This document shows, in pieces, positions 40,539-49,666 of a stretch of 64,000 bases of DNA. The notes beneath the pieces were generated by a model, which saw only the letters and a list, made by a program, of their open reading frames with translations, was not told the DNA's origin and made no database searches. Both the position numbers and the translations under genes were made by a program. Positions within the stretch are counted from its first letter, which is position 1. Each line of letters opens with the position of its first letter. This stretch comes from an uncultured bacterium (GTDB lineage: Bacteria; Patescibacteriota; Minisyncoccia; Phycocordibacterales; CAIRYW01), in contig CAVYBO010000002.1 of NCBI GenBank assembly GCA_963766885.1, forward strand, positions 293,048-357,047. The letters run 5' to 3'.

Positions 40539-40976
40539 CTACACTATGAAGCTGAAGACGAGGATGATCACGAAATAAGTGACGAGGTTAGATAAAATGT
40601 CTGAGAAGAACTTCTTCCATCGTAATTTCTTTTCACAATTTCCCCAGAGCAAAGATTGTCCAACTATTGGCACGGTGAAGCAGAGCCACGCAAGACCTAC
40701 TTCTCCGTAAATAACTCCCAAACCCAGGCCTTGCTGCTCAATCATAATAAAAGCTATAAAGAGAGAGGTTAGAAAAGCTAAGAATGCCTGCGCAAGAAGA
40801 TATTTCCACATATGCGGCTTCATGTCTTCCATACGCTTCAGCTGTTCCTCCTTGGAAAGGTTTCCATGGCCAGTTGTTGCCATTTGAATTCTGCCCATCG
40901 GCGTATTCAATGAATACCAAAACATACCGATTAGCATGCTAATAATCACACCCAGGATTCCAAGTAATATAATCAT
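40539..40976 (-). CDS. DUF1761-like membrane protein
   Basis: IGMFWYS...G motif and four TM segments. Confidence 0.7.
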   Translation of the reverse strand: MIILLGILGVIISMLIGMFWYSLNTPMGRIQMATTGHGNLSKEEQLKRMEDMKPHMWKYLLAQAFLAFLTSLFIAFIMIEQQGLGLGVIYGEVGLAWLCFTVPIVGQSLLWGNCEKKLRWKKFFSDILSNLVTYFVIILVFSFIV

Positions 40977-41103
40977 TGTAATTTATAATTTACCTTTTAA
41001 AACTTGTTATGGATAAATTATAACATGGAGAAATTAGCTATCTTACTTACAAAAGACTGGAGCGTGGACGGCTTATGATATAGTCTTAGAAATTATAAAC
41101 TAA

Positions 41104-41361
41104 TTACCAGATTCCCGGACCATCCCCTTCCAAATACCACTTCCTATTTATCTCAACTATTTTAATAGTCTGCCCAGAAGAAGTTTTGCAAATTCCATAT
41201 GTGTCAGTTTTTTCCAGCAATTGAACACAGCCTCTAAAGTTATAGTAATTTTCAAAAGTGCTGTGGGCTTTCTGCAAAAACAAAAATTGATTAATACCAA
41301 AAATAATCACGAGTAGTATAACTAAAACAAATAGTAGTAAAAATATTTTCTTTCTTGTCAT
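41104..41361 (-). CDS. small membrane-anchored hypothetical protein
   Basis: 85 aa; TM anchor; two Cys; TATAAT 6 nt before ATG. Confidence 0.7.
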   Translation of the reverse strand: MTRKKIFLLLFVLVILLVIIFGINQFLFLQKAHSTFENYYNFRGCVQLLEKTDTYGICKTSSGQTIKIVEINRKWYLEGDGPGIW

Positions 41362-41421
41362 ATTTCAATTATAACTCAAGAAATATTACGCATGTTACGA
41401 ACTGGAATGTCTAAACCCGTG

Positions 41422-41775
41422 TTATAACTTTTTTGAATTCTCCTTAACCCTAAACTTCACGATCTTAGTAATGAGATTAAACGGGATCGGCTTATTGATT
41501 GGAAATCGCACTGTACCTTTCGAGTTTTCATATTTTGAAATCTCTTTTTTAAAAGCCGAGATACCAGATGAAGTCGGATAAAACCCGATATGTTTTTCAA
41601 ACGCTCCAAAGTGGACTAAGTTGCCATTAAGTGTAAAAGTAGGAATTCCATAACTGATCTTTTCTTCGGCTTTTGGTACGGCTTTTTTGATTGTCGCTCG
41701 CAGTTGCTCCAAAATTTTTTGGGTAGATTTTGGATAGTTCTTTATATAGTCGTCTATAGTTTTTGAATCCTTCAT
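41422..41775 (-). CDS. DUF1801/iron-chaperone-like protein
   Basis: TIDDYI, EEKISYGIPTF, HIGFYP and SKGTVRFP. Confidence 0.9.
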   Translation of the reverse strand: MKDSKTIDDYIKNYPKSTQKILEQLRATIKKAVPKAEEKISYGIPTFTLNGNLVHFGAFEKHIGFYPTSSGISAFKKEISKYENSKGTVRFPINKPIPFNLITKIVKFRVKENSKKL

Positions 41776-41799
41776 AATTTTATTATATCAAAAGTATTT

Positions 41800-41826
41800 G
41801 CTGGGTGTGTGGGACGATGTTGGAAC
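41800..41826 (+). repeat. att-like site (left boundary of the PEP-utiliser island)
   Basis: GCTGGGTGTGTGGGACGATGTTGGAAC, 23/27 identical to 54397-54423. Confidence 0.8.
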
Positions 41827-41843
41827 CTTTATAAAGCAAGAAA

Positions 41844-42926
41844 TTACTTTAAAATCCTAACGGCTCCATTATCTGCATCAACTTCCACCAAATCTCCATC
41901 TTTAATTTTCTGCGTTGCGTTTTGCGTACCCACAATGCAAGGTATTTTAAACTCTCTACTTACAATTGCTGCATGAGACATCATACCACCCTGATTTGTG
42001 ACAATGGCAGAAGCCTTTTTGCAAGCCATTAAAAGCTCTGGGGAGGTTGTATCCGCAACCAAAACATTACCCTTTGGCATAGCTGCTAATACAGTCTTCA
42101 AATTTTTAAACAAACTTGGTCCATATTCAATAACTGTGGCTTTTGCTCGAACCTTACCTTTATAAACAGGTATGCCTCTAATTTCTTTTTCATTATGATT
42201 CTTTTTTGAGAAAAATTCATTGGCAATTTTCGAAGCTTCAGATCCATCAAAATAAATGATTTTATTTCCATAACTATAATGAATGTATGCTTTCTTTCTG
42301 TTATTAATTACAACTTGAGGTAATTTCTTACCTTTATACAGATTTAAGATATCTAGCTTTGAGTATCCAAGGATATTTTGAAAAGGAAGGCTAAATTGTT
42401 CAGATATTTTTTTCAAAAACATTATCCTGTGAGAATCTTTACTAAAAAGCAATTTATTCATCCTAAGACGAGCTGTATTTTTTATTTTCTCAAACTGTTT
42501 TAAATTGTCGGCTATAGTTTTGTTGCTATCCTTAAATTGATAGGCTTTATCAACATAAAAGAATTCTGTTTTTGAATAATATTTATGATTATCAGAAAGC
42601 CAATTTAATGCCTGTTTACATTCTGACAAAGAAATTTCTTTTTTCTTTAAAAGATCGTTGAAGAATTTGTCTGCATGATCGTAGTATGAATAAATTTCAT
42701 TTTTGAAATCTGAGAATTTATTTGTGTTTTTAAAAAGCTTAAGTCCGTCATCTAGAGTTTCTTTGATTACTTTTTCTGGTAGAAAAGTTGTCCAGGTATT
42801 ATTTGAAAATACAGCAAGACCATGCAACTTTTTGTAATTTGTCATGAATAAATCAGAGCCGAGATATGAAGTGTTTGTGGTAGAAAAAAGCTGTCTGTAT
42901 TTAGAATAATCTAGTTTTAGATTCAT
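41844..42926 (-). CDS. variable N-terminal domain plus PEP-utiliser phospho-His swivel domain (paralogue 5)
   Basis: C-terminal VLVADTTSP...IVTNQGGMMSHAAIVSREFKIPCIVG...DGDLVEVDADNG. Confidence 0.9.
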   Translation of the reverse strand: MNLKLDYSKYRQLFSTTNTSYLGSDLFMTNYKKLHGLAVFSNNTWTTFLPEKVIKETLDDGLKLFKNTNKFSDFKNEIYSYYDHADKFFNDLLKKKEISLSECKQALNWLSDNHKYYSKTEFFYVDKAYQFKDSNKTIADNLKQFEKIKNTARLRMNKLLFSKDSHRIMFLKKISEQFSLPFQNILGYSKLDILNLYKGKKLPQVVINNRKKAYIHYSYGNKIIYFDGSEASKIANEFFSKKNHNEKEIRGIPVYKGKVRAKATVIEYGPSLFKNLKTVLAAMPKGNVLVADTTSPELLMACKKASAIVTNQGGMMSHAAIVSREFKIPCIVGTQNATQKIKDGDLVEVDADNGAVRILK

Positions 42927-44593
42927 TTGATTATTTTCACAATCCCTTTATCTGCATCAACTTCCACCACATCACCATCTTTTAAAACCTTAGTAGCAAT
43001 TTTTGTGCCAATTATACAAGGCTTCTTTAATTCCCGTGCAACAATTGCGGCATGGCAAGTTATCCCACCCTCATCAGTCACAAAAGCTGCCGCTTTTTTC
43101 ATTGCAGGAAGAAAATCTGGGGTGGTCATTGGAGAAACAATAATGGCATCCACGGGAACACTTTTGACTTGTTCTCTTCTGAATAGTAAGAAAACTTTTC
43201 CTTGAACCTTACCTTTAAAAGCAATGCCTCCTTTAATTTCTCTATTATCTTTTACTATTTCCTTTGAAAGAACTGTACCGATTTGTTCGGCAAAAATATC
43301 TAAACTAGCTTTTCCGTACTTAATACCGTCAACAAGAATATAATCATTTAATCTCTTTTTTAGCTCAACTTTATCCGGAGGGTTAGAAATCTCTGAACTC
43401 AAGATTGTTGTCTCAAAACCTTTAAGATTAGGATAAATATGTAGCAGGGAATTTCGGATTAATTCACTACTAGAAGCAAAAAATGTTTCTTTTTCTCTAA
43501 AACCTTGTGCCAAGGATTTAATAGCCTTAGGAGTCCTTTCATCTATTGCAGAGTAGTAATAAATGAGAAAACCAAACATCAATTTATCTACTTTTTCAAC
43601 AAATTTTTTCAGTTCTGTTTTTTTAGATAAATGTTTTTTATTTAAATACTCTTTCTTTAAAAGAGCGTAGTCTTTCTCAAATTTTTTACCTATCTTTTTG
43701 TAGAATTTATCACTTTTTTTATTCTCCTTGAGTATTTGATCCTTAAGCCATTCTGTACCTGAAATGTTTTCCCAAATCTCTATTGTCCCATTCTTAAAAT
43801 AATGAATTACTAGGGGTTTGTGTGGATTTTTCCAGCCCCAATTTTTTTGTACGTATTGTCGACAAGCTTTACCCCAAGATTCTTGAATTATAATCGTAGT
43901 ATCTCTTGTATATACTTTTTCAAAAACTTCTTTATTTACTTCAGGATTATTGATACCTTTTTTGGAACAAAAATCTGCGAAATTATTCCCATTCAAAATA
44001 TTTTCATCCTCTACAATGTATCCCTGAGAGCGTTTTCGAATTTTTTGCTGATTTATACTTTTACCTTTTAATAATTGTTGGATTTCCTTATATGAAATTA
44101 TATGTTTCAAGTTTTTATTTATATTGCTCTTCTTCAATAAAGAATTAACTGTATCTTCTATTTTTGAGTCAAAAGAATACAAAATTCCTTCTGACAAAAC
44201 TCTTGAATCCCAAGCTTCTGGAATTGCTTTTACAAATCGATCACTGACAACAAAAATGTAGAAAGACATTATCTGGCCAATTAATCTGAAGATATTTTCT
44301 AAGTTTTCAGAAGTAACATTAATTTTTTTTAATTTATTTATACTGCTGATAAATTCCGAATTCAACTCTTTGAAAAGTTTTTTATTATCAATTATCTTCC
44401 CCGTAATAATCTCTTTAAAATATTTGAAGTCATTATTGGAATGGTAAAAATTAACTTTTTCACCATCATAATGAAAAATCACAGGGTAGTACCAATCTAA
44501 GGACTTTTTTAAATATTTACCATATCCTTGTTGCCAGGCCTGCACTGAAAATAGACTTAAATCTCTTTTAACTGTTGGCTTAAGTTCCTTCAT
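42923..44593 (-). CDS. duplicated N-terminal domain plus phospho-His swivel domain (paralogue 4)
   Basis: FVTDEGGITCHAAIVARELKKPCIIG; ATGA overlaps with both neighbours. Confidence 0.9.
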   Translation of the reverse strand: MKELKPTVKRDLSLFSVQAWQQGYGKYLKKSLDWYYPVIFHYDGEKVNFYHSNNDFKYFKEIITGKIIDNKKLFKELNSEFISSINKLKKINVTSENLENIFRLIGQIMSFYIFVVSDRFVKAIPEAWDSRVLSEGILYSFDSKIEDTVNSLLKKSNINKNLKHIISYKEIQQLLKGKSINQQKIRKRSQGYIVEDENILNGNNFADFCSKKGINNPEVNKEVFEKVYTRDTTIIIQESWGKACRQYVQKNWGWKNPHKPLVIHYFKNGTIEIWENISGTEWLKDQILKENKKSDKFYKKIGKKFEKDYALLKKEYLNKKHLSKKTELKKFVEKVDKLMFGFLIYYYSAIDERTPKAIKSLAQGFREKETFFASSSELIRNSLLHIYPNLKGFETTILSSEISNPPDKVELKKRLNDYILVDGIKYGKASLDIFAEQIGTVLSKEIVKDNREIKGGIAFKGKVQGKVFLLFRREQVKSVPVDAIIVSPMTTPDFLPAMKKAAAFVTDEGGITCHAAIVARELKKPCIIGTKIATKVLKDGDVVEVDADKGIVKIIK

Positions 44594-45999
44594 TGAATTA
44601 ATTTAACAATCCCTTTATCTGCATCGACTTCTACTAAATCTCCATCTTTGAGAATTGAAGTAATTCTAGGAATTCCAACTATTGAGGGAATATTAAGCTC
44701 TCTAGTAATAACGGAAACATGGGCAGTTATTCCTCCTTCTTCTGCTAAAACCGCAGAAACCTTGTGAAGTATGGGGACAAAATCTGGACTGGTATTATGA
44801 ACCACCAAAATATCTCCTTTCTCGACTTTTTTAAATTGTTCCGGCAATAAGACGATTTTTACCCTTCCTTTGGCTTTACCCTTACAAGCAGATCTGCCTT
44901 TTATTTCCTTATTTGCATCTGCTTTAGGCTCAATATATTTATTAATGAAATCTTCTGCTTTATCTCCAGAAATATAAAACTTATATCCTTTCGGCTTAGC
45001 AACAAAAACAATAGTTTTTTTGTAAAGATTTAATTTATCTTTTGAAAGTTTTTTACCCTTAAGAAGATTAATTAGATCTTCATGCATTAGATTTTTCAAT
45101 TGGCCAACAGGAAGACCTATTTGTTTGGAAGCAATTTTCCATAATTTTTCAAATTCAAACTGCGCTTTATTTATATAGAACTTGTAACAATCTTTCATCC
45201 AAGAAGTCTCACCAATCAACTTTAAAATGACTTGGTCTCCAGAATATTTCTTTAAGTATCCATTGAGCTCTTTTAACCTAGATTTGTGTTCTGAAATAAT
45301 TTTTTTCTTGATAATCTCTGGCTTTTCTTTTTTGAGAGCATCTAGTCTTTTTTTGTAATATCCGTATGTTCGTGGTTGTTCGTCGTAATAACCGAGAGTT
45401 ATGTGTTTGTATGAATTAAATATTTTATTTAATTCTAATGATAAATCTTTCTTTGGGTTGTTTTTAATCTTAAGCACTAAATCACACAAAGCAATCTCTT
45501 CTTCGGCAAAAAAACTTAATCTATTCGAAACATTACAAGCAGAAAGAATATTTACTGATTCGCTTCCGAACTTATCAGTTATTTTATTAATTATAGCTTT
45601 ATCAATTTTTCTAAGATATGTAGCCGTGTGATGCATATACTCAAAAAGATCAAAGCAACTTGCAAATGACTTTGAAAGAGATTTGCTTGGGTCTGATTCA
45701 TTAATACAAATATTTTGGATTTTTGTTGAAAGGGTTTTTATCTCCTTTTCCAGAGACTTCATTCCACCTGGTTTAGATAGTCTTTCAAAAGCTGAATTTA
45801 TTATTTTAGGAATAAATGAAAGATAAAGTTTAAAAGAAGTATTTTTAAATACAACTACTCCAGGAAGATCTAGGCTCCACGAACCTTCTTTTGCCAAATA
45901 ATTATAAAGAACATTGGCAACCCAAAGATAACTTGCCCTTCCTGCTTCGTATTGAATTGGAACTTTTTCAATATCTTTTTCAAAATTTTTAATATCCAT
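44590..45999 (-). CDS. variable N-terminal domain plus phospho-His swivel domain (paralogue 3)
   Basis: LAEEGGITAHVSVITRELNIPSIVG. Confidence 0.9.
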   Translation of the reverse strand: MDIKNFEKDIEKVPIQYEAGRASYLWVANVLYNYLAKEGSWSLDLPGVVVFKNTSFKLYLSFIPKIINSAFERLSKPGGMKSLEKEIKTLSTKIQNICINESDPSKSLSKSFASCFDLFEYMHHTATYLRKIDKAIINKITDKFGSESVNILSACNVSNRLSFFAEEEIALCDLVLKIKNNPKKDLSLELNKIFNSYKHITLGYYDEQPRTYGYYKKRLDALKKEKPEIIKKKIISEHKSRLKELNGYLKKYSGDQVILKLIGETSWMKDCYKFYINKAQFEFEKLWKIASKQIGLPVGQLKNLMHEDLINLLKGKKLSKDKLNLYKKTIVFVAKPKGYKFYISGDKAEDFINKYIEPKADANKEIKGRSACKGKAKGRVKIVLLPEQFKKVEKGDILVVHNTSPDFVPILHKVSAVLAEEGGITAHVSVITRELNIPSIVGIPRITSILKDGDLVEVDADKGIVKLIQ

Positions 46000-46001
46000 A
46001 A

Positions 46002-47012
46002 TTATTTAAGAATTTTCACTATTCCCCTATCTGCATCCACTTCCACTAAATCTCCGTCTTTCAAAACCTTTGTCGCTATCTTAGTACCAACAATGCAAGG
46101 CTTTTGAAGCTCTCTTGCAACAATTGCAGCATGACAAGTTACACCGCCCTCATCTGTAATAAAAGCTGAGGCTCTTTGCATGGCAGGAAGAAATGATGTT
46201 CTTGTCATTGGACTAACTAGAATGTCTCCATCACTAACATTTACTAAATCATTTTCGTTAGTAATGATAATCACTTTACCTGAAACTTTACCTTTGAAAG
46301 CTGGGTTTCCTTTAAACTCAGAAATATTCTCATCAATTTCATTCTTGATATTTTTTAGAAATTCTTTGGTATAGGCTACAGCCTCTTCTCCGATTAATAA
46401 GCGTGCTTTTCCTGCTATCGATTCTATAACGTATTGCTTTTGCCTTAGGGTTAATAAACCTGCATCAAGATTTAAAGATACAATTTCATCAGGTAGAGCG
46501 TATTTGAGTAGCTCGGTATCAATATTCAAAGTTTCTGAAATCTGTTTATATAACTTTGGAAGAAATTCCGAAGTTGCTATATGCTGCGCGCTTTTCGTTC
46601 CTCTTAAGTCCGAAATCATATCAATCGACTCTTGGTCTGTGACATAAAATCCCAGGAAAAAAGAAGTAATCTCATGGATCCATAACTGTCTAAATATTTT
46701 CATGAATTCCTCTCTGTTTTCAAGAGGATCTTTTTCAAAAAAAGGAAATACTAACTCTTCGTATTTTTTAAATCCTTTCAGAAGCTCCAAAAAACTTCCT
46801 GCTTTTGCTAGATTTTCAAATCCATCTAATTCTTTCTGATCCACATACCTTTCCATGATGCCATGCTTACCTAAGACAATCGTATCCAGGTTAAAACCAC
46901 CCTCTTTTATAGGAAAATTTGGATATACTTCAGTAGCTAACCATATTTCGAAAAGTCCAAACACTCTCGTTGCCACAAGATTCCAAGCTCTATTTTCATC
47001 AGTATTATCCAT
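46002..47012 (-). CDS. variable N-terminal domain plus phospho-His swivel domain (paralogue 2)
   Basis: FITDEGGVTCHAAIVARELQKPCIVG. Confidence 0.9.
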   Translation of the reverse strand: MDNTDENRAWNLVATRVFGLFEIWLATEVYPNFPIKEGGFNLDTIVLGKHGIMERYVDQKELDGFENLAKAGSFLELLKGFKKYEELVFPFFEKDPLENREEFMKIFRQLWIHEITSFFLGFYVTDQESIDMISDLRGTKSAQHIATSEFLPKLYKQISETLNIDTELLKYALPDEIVSLNLDAGLLTLRQKQYVIESIAGKARLLIGEEAVAYTKEFLKNIKNEIDENISEFKGNPAFKGKVSGKVIIITNENDLVNVSDGDILVSPMTRTSFLPAMQRASAFITDEGGVTCHAAIVARELQKPCIVGTKIATKVLKDGDLVEVDADRGIVKILK

Positions 47013-47015
47013 ATT

Positions 47016-48527
47016 TTAAGAAGATTTATTTTTGATTATTCTTACTATTCCTTTGTCTGCATCCACTTCAACCATATCACCATCTTTCAGAATTTTAGTA
47101 GCAATCTTGGTGCCAATGATACAGGGCTTCTTCATTTCACGGGCAATTATAGAGGCATGACAAGTGACACCGCCCTCATCCGTGACAAAGGCGGCCGCTT
47201 TCTGCATCGCCGGTAAGTAATCAGGACGAGTCATAACAGCAACCAAAACATCACCAGTCTGAACTTTATAAATTTCCTCAACACTCTCAATTATTTTTAC
47301 TTTACCCCTGACAATACCTTTGCTCGCTACAAATCCTTTTAATTCTTGATTTCCTTTCTTATATTCTCCGGTACCGATGCGATCCAGTTTTTCAATCAAA
47401 GGTAAATCAGTTGTAACATCATATTTGCCCTTAACCCAGAGAATAATGCAGTAGTTTATTCTTCTATCCAATTCTTTAGTGTCTATCTTTTCATTTAAAA
47501 CTGCTTCCATTTCTGGAGGAAAAGCATACTTCAATTGTTCCAAAGAATATTTGGTTCTTTTTGATATTTCTTCAAGCAGTTTACTGAAGTAGTGCGTTGC
47601 CCAGAAAGTTCCCTTTTTACGTTCATCCTGCCACCAGTTGAAATCGTCCGTGATTGCAAGCAAAGTGATTTCTTCTTTGGGTAACATAAGCGTTTTGATA
47701 AGGTGTAATTTTTGTTTCTTGTGATCCGAAGCAATTGATTTAATTTCATTTATTTTCTTATCGATTCCTTTAACATCAAGTTTCAGGTATTGATTAATTC
47801 TTTTTTCAAAAAATTCCTCTGTAAGAATATTATCCTTAACATAATTGTTTTGAGTCCAGAAATAATTTTTCTGATGTTTTTTAATAAGAGGATTTTTAAG
47901 TTTTGGATTTGCTTTTACTTTCTTTGCGACTTTTAGTAGCTCAATATCTTCTAACTGTAGGAACGATGTAAAAATTGGAGACGTTAGGATTCCGAAATAT
48001 TCTACAAACCTATTTTCCAATCCTTTGCTTTCAAGAAAGGTTTTAATTTTTGAAGCAATCAATGTGTCAGTACTTAAAGTAAAACCGTCAATTAATCCGG
48101 AGCTGTTCAATTTCTTGGTGTAAATATCAGCCAAACTATTATATTTATCCAAAAGTTCTTTCTTGCTTAAAGAACCGAGGTCAAGACTGTTTAATTTTAA
48201 GCAGTCCTTATAAAACCTTTCTTGCCAAGGCATAAAGTTACTAATCATCTTTCTACTAACTTTAGGATCTTTTTTTGAAGCTTTGATTATTTTGGAAGTT
48301 GTATATTCAAGCTCACCCAAATTGTGATACCAATCCGCTCTATGCTTTGAAAAACCGGCGTATGCAATTCTTTGACCATATTGGTACTTAGTTCTCTGAA
48401 TAGATGATATATGCGAATCACCTAGGAAAAACATAAAGTGGGGACAAGCATCAAATCGTTGCCTGTACCAAAGACTTTTTTCTATCTCCGGCAATCTTGA
48501 TTGTAGTAATTTAGAGTACTTAATCAT
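47016..48527 (-). CDS. variable N-terminal domain plus phospho-His swivel domain (paralogue 1)
   Basis: FVTDEGGVTCHASIIAREMKKPCIIG. Confidence 0.9.
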   Translation of the reverse strand: MIKYSKLLQSRLPEIEKSLWYRQRFDACPHFMFFLGDSHISSIQRTKYQYGQRIAYAGFSKHRADWYHNLGELEYTTSKIIKASKKDPKVSRKMISNFMPWQERFYKDCLKLNSLDLGSLSKKELLDKYNSLADIYTKKLNSSGLIDGFTLSTDTLIASKIKTFLESKGLENRFVEYFGILTSPIFTSFLQLEDIELLKVAKKVKANPKLKNPLIKKHQKNYFWTQNNYVKDNILTEEFFEKRINQYLKLDVKGIDKKINEIKSIASDHKKQKLHLIKTLMLPKEEITLLAITDDFNWWQDERKKGTFWATHYFSKLLEEISKRTKYSLEQLKYAFPPEMEAVLNEKIDTKELDRRINYCIILWVKGKYDVTTDLPLIEKLDRIGTGEYKKGNQELKGFVASKGIVRGKVKIIESVEEIYKVQTGDVLVAVMTRPDYLPAMQKAAAFVTDEGGVTCHASIIAREMKKPCIIGTKIATKILKDGDMVEVDADKGIVRIIKNKSS

Positions 48528-49468
48528 TTTAGTGTTGTAATGGGCCTGCTTTGAGTAATATAGAATTTTCTTTTCTCATATGCCCATTCGATATCACAAG
48601 GGAAATCGTAGTGATTTTCTATTTTTAAGATGAGATCTGAAAATTTCAATATTTCTTTGATAGAAAGGCATTGCTCATTAGCTTTTTTATTTGGGATGTT
48701 TTTCCAAACGTTGCCTCCAGTGGATTTTCTAAATAGCCCTTTTGATTTTTCTGAAACATTTACATCAATGATATTCCTTGGTTCTTTTTCAATTACATAG
48801 CTGTCTGGGGTGATTTGTCCAGAAACAATAGCTTCTCCGAGTCCCCAAGAGGCTTCAATGATCATTTGATTTCTATCTTCCGTAACAGGATGAACAGAGA
48901 AGACGATTCCTGATTTTTCACTATTTACCATTTTTTGGACTACTACAGCCACAGAAATATGAGTATCATTTAATCCTTTTTCAAATCGATAAAATATAGC
49001 TCTCGGGGTAAAAAGTGAAGCAAAACATCTTTTGATATTTTCTTCCAGATTTTTACTTGTTGTATTGAGAAAACTATCTAGTTGACCAGCCCAAGCATGC
49101 ATTGCCCCATCCTCTGCCGTGGCACTTGAACGGACAGCAACAAACTTTGCATTTAATTTCTTAAATGAAGTTTTTACTTCTTTCAGCATTTCTTTGGGCA
49201 TTTTTGCCTCAAGAATCATTTCTTTGATATCTTCGGAAGCTTTTTCAACTTCTTCCATTTCCTTATGGTTTATCTTGTCCAAAATTGCATCAATTTCTTG
49301 AGTTAGATCATTTTCGGATAGAAAGTATTCAAAAGAGCTTGAAAGTATTACAAATCCTGGTGGAACTGGGATTTTGGCATTTATCATTTCACCCAAAGAT
49401 GCCCCTTTACCACCGGCTATTGGAGAGTCGTTTTTGCCCAAATCCTTGAAAAATTTGATGTATTTCAC
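48524..49468 (-). CDS. stand-alone PEP synthase/PPDK N-terminal ATP-grasp (nucleotide-binding) domain
   Basis: GGKGASLGEM, VPPGF, VAVRSSATAED, AGQLDSFLN, VVVQKMV, WGLGEAIVSG.ITPD and DIEWA...QSRPITTL followed at once by the stop. Likely GTG start at 49468. Confidence 0.92.
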   Translation of the reverse strand: MKYIKFFKDLGKNDSPIAGGKGASLGEMINAKIPVPPGFVILSSSFEYFLSENDLTQEIDAILDKINHKEMEEVEKASEDIKEMILEAKMPKEMLKEVKTSFKKLNAKFVAVRSSATAEDGAMHAWAGQLDSFLNTTSKNLEENIKRCFASLFTPRAIFYRFEKGLNDTHISVAVVVQKMVNSEKSGIVFSVHPVTEDRNQMIIEASWGLGEAIVSGQITPDSYVIEKEPRNIIDVNVSEKSKGLFRKSTGGNVWKNIPNKKANEQCLSIKEILKFSDLILKIENHYDFPCDIEWAYEKRKFYITQSRPITTLK

Positions 49469-49666
49469 ACCAATATTATGCAGTAAATTCACATTATTAT
49501 AAAGGCTAAGAATAAGGCGTCTCGGGCGCAATAACCTAGCTCGTGTCAACTGCGATCTAAGGTCTGGTGCGTACGTAGTTAGACGTCGTAAGGGTATTCT
49601 GACAACTTTTCATCTTCATGAGACACCCGTCTAGGTCTAAGTAAATTTCAAAATATAATGAACAGT

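Noticed and set aside
40020-41090. Further att-like candidates at about 40042 and about 41056
   Set aside because: Only short CTGG/TGGACG matches that need gaps; too weak without a PWM score.
48524-49549. Calling the gene ppsA, or the operon a fragmented PEP synthase pseudogene
   Set aside because: No pyruvate-binding barrel is present, the five swivel domains are each intact, and the genes are translationally coupled. The ORF-track extension 49469-49549 is probably non-coding.
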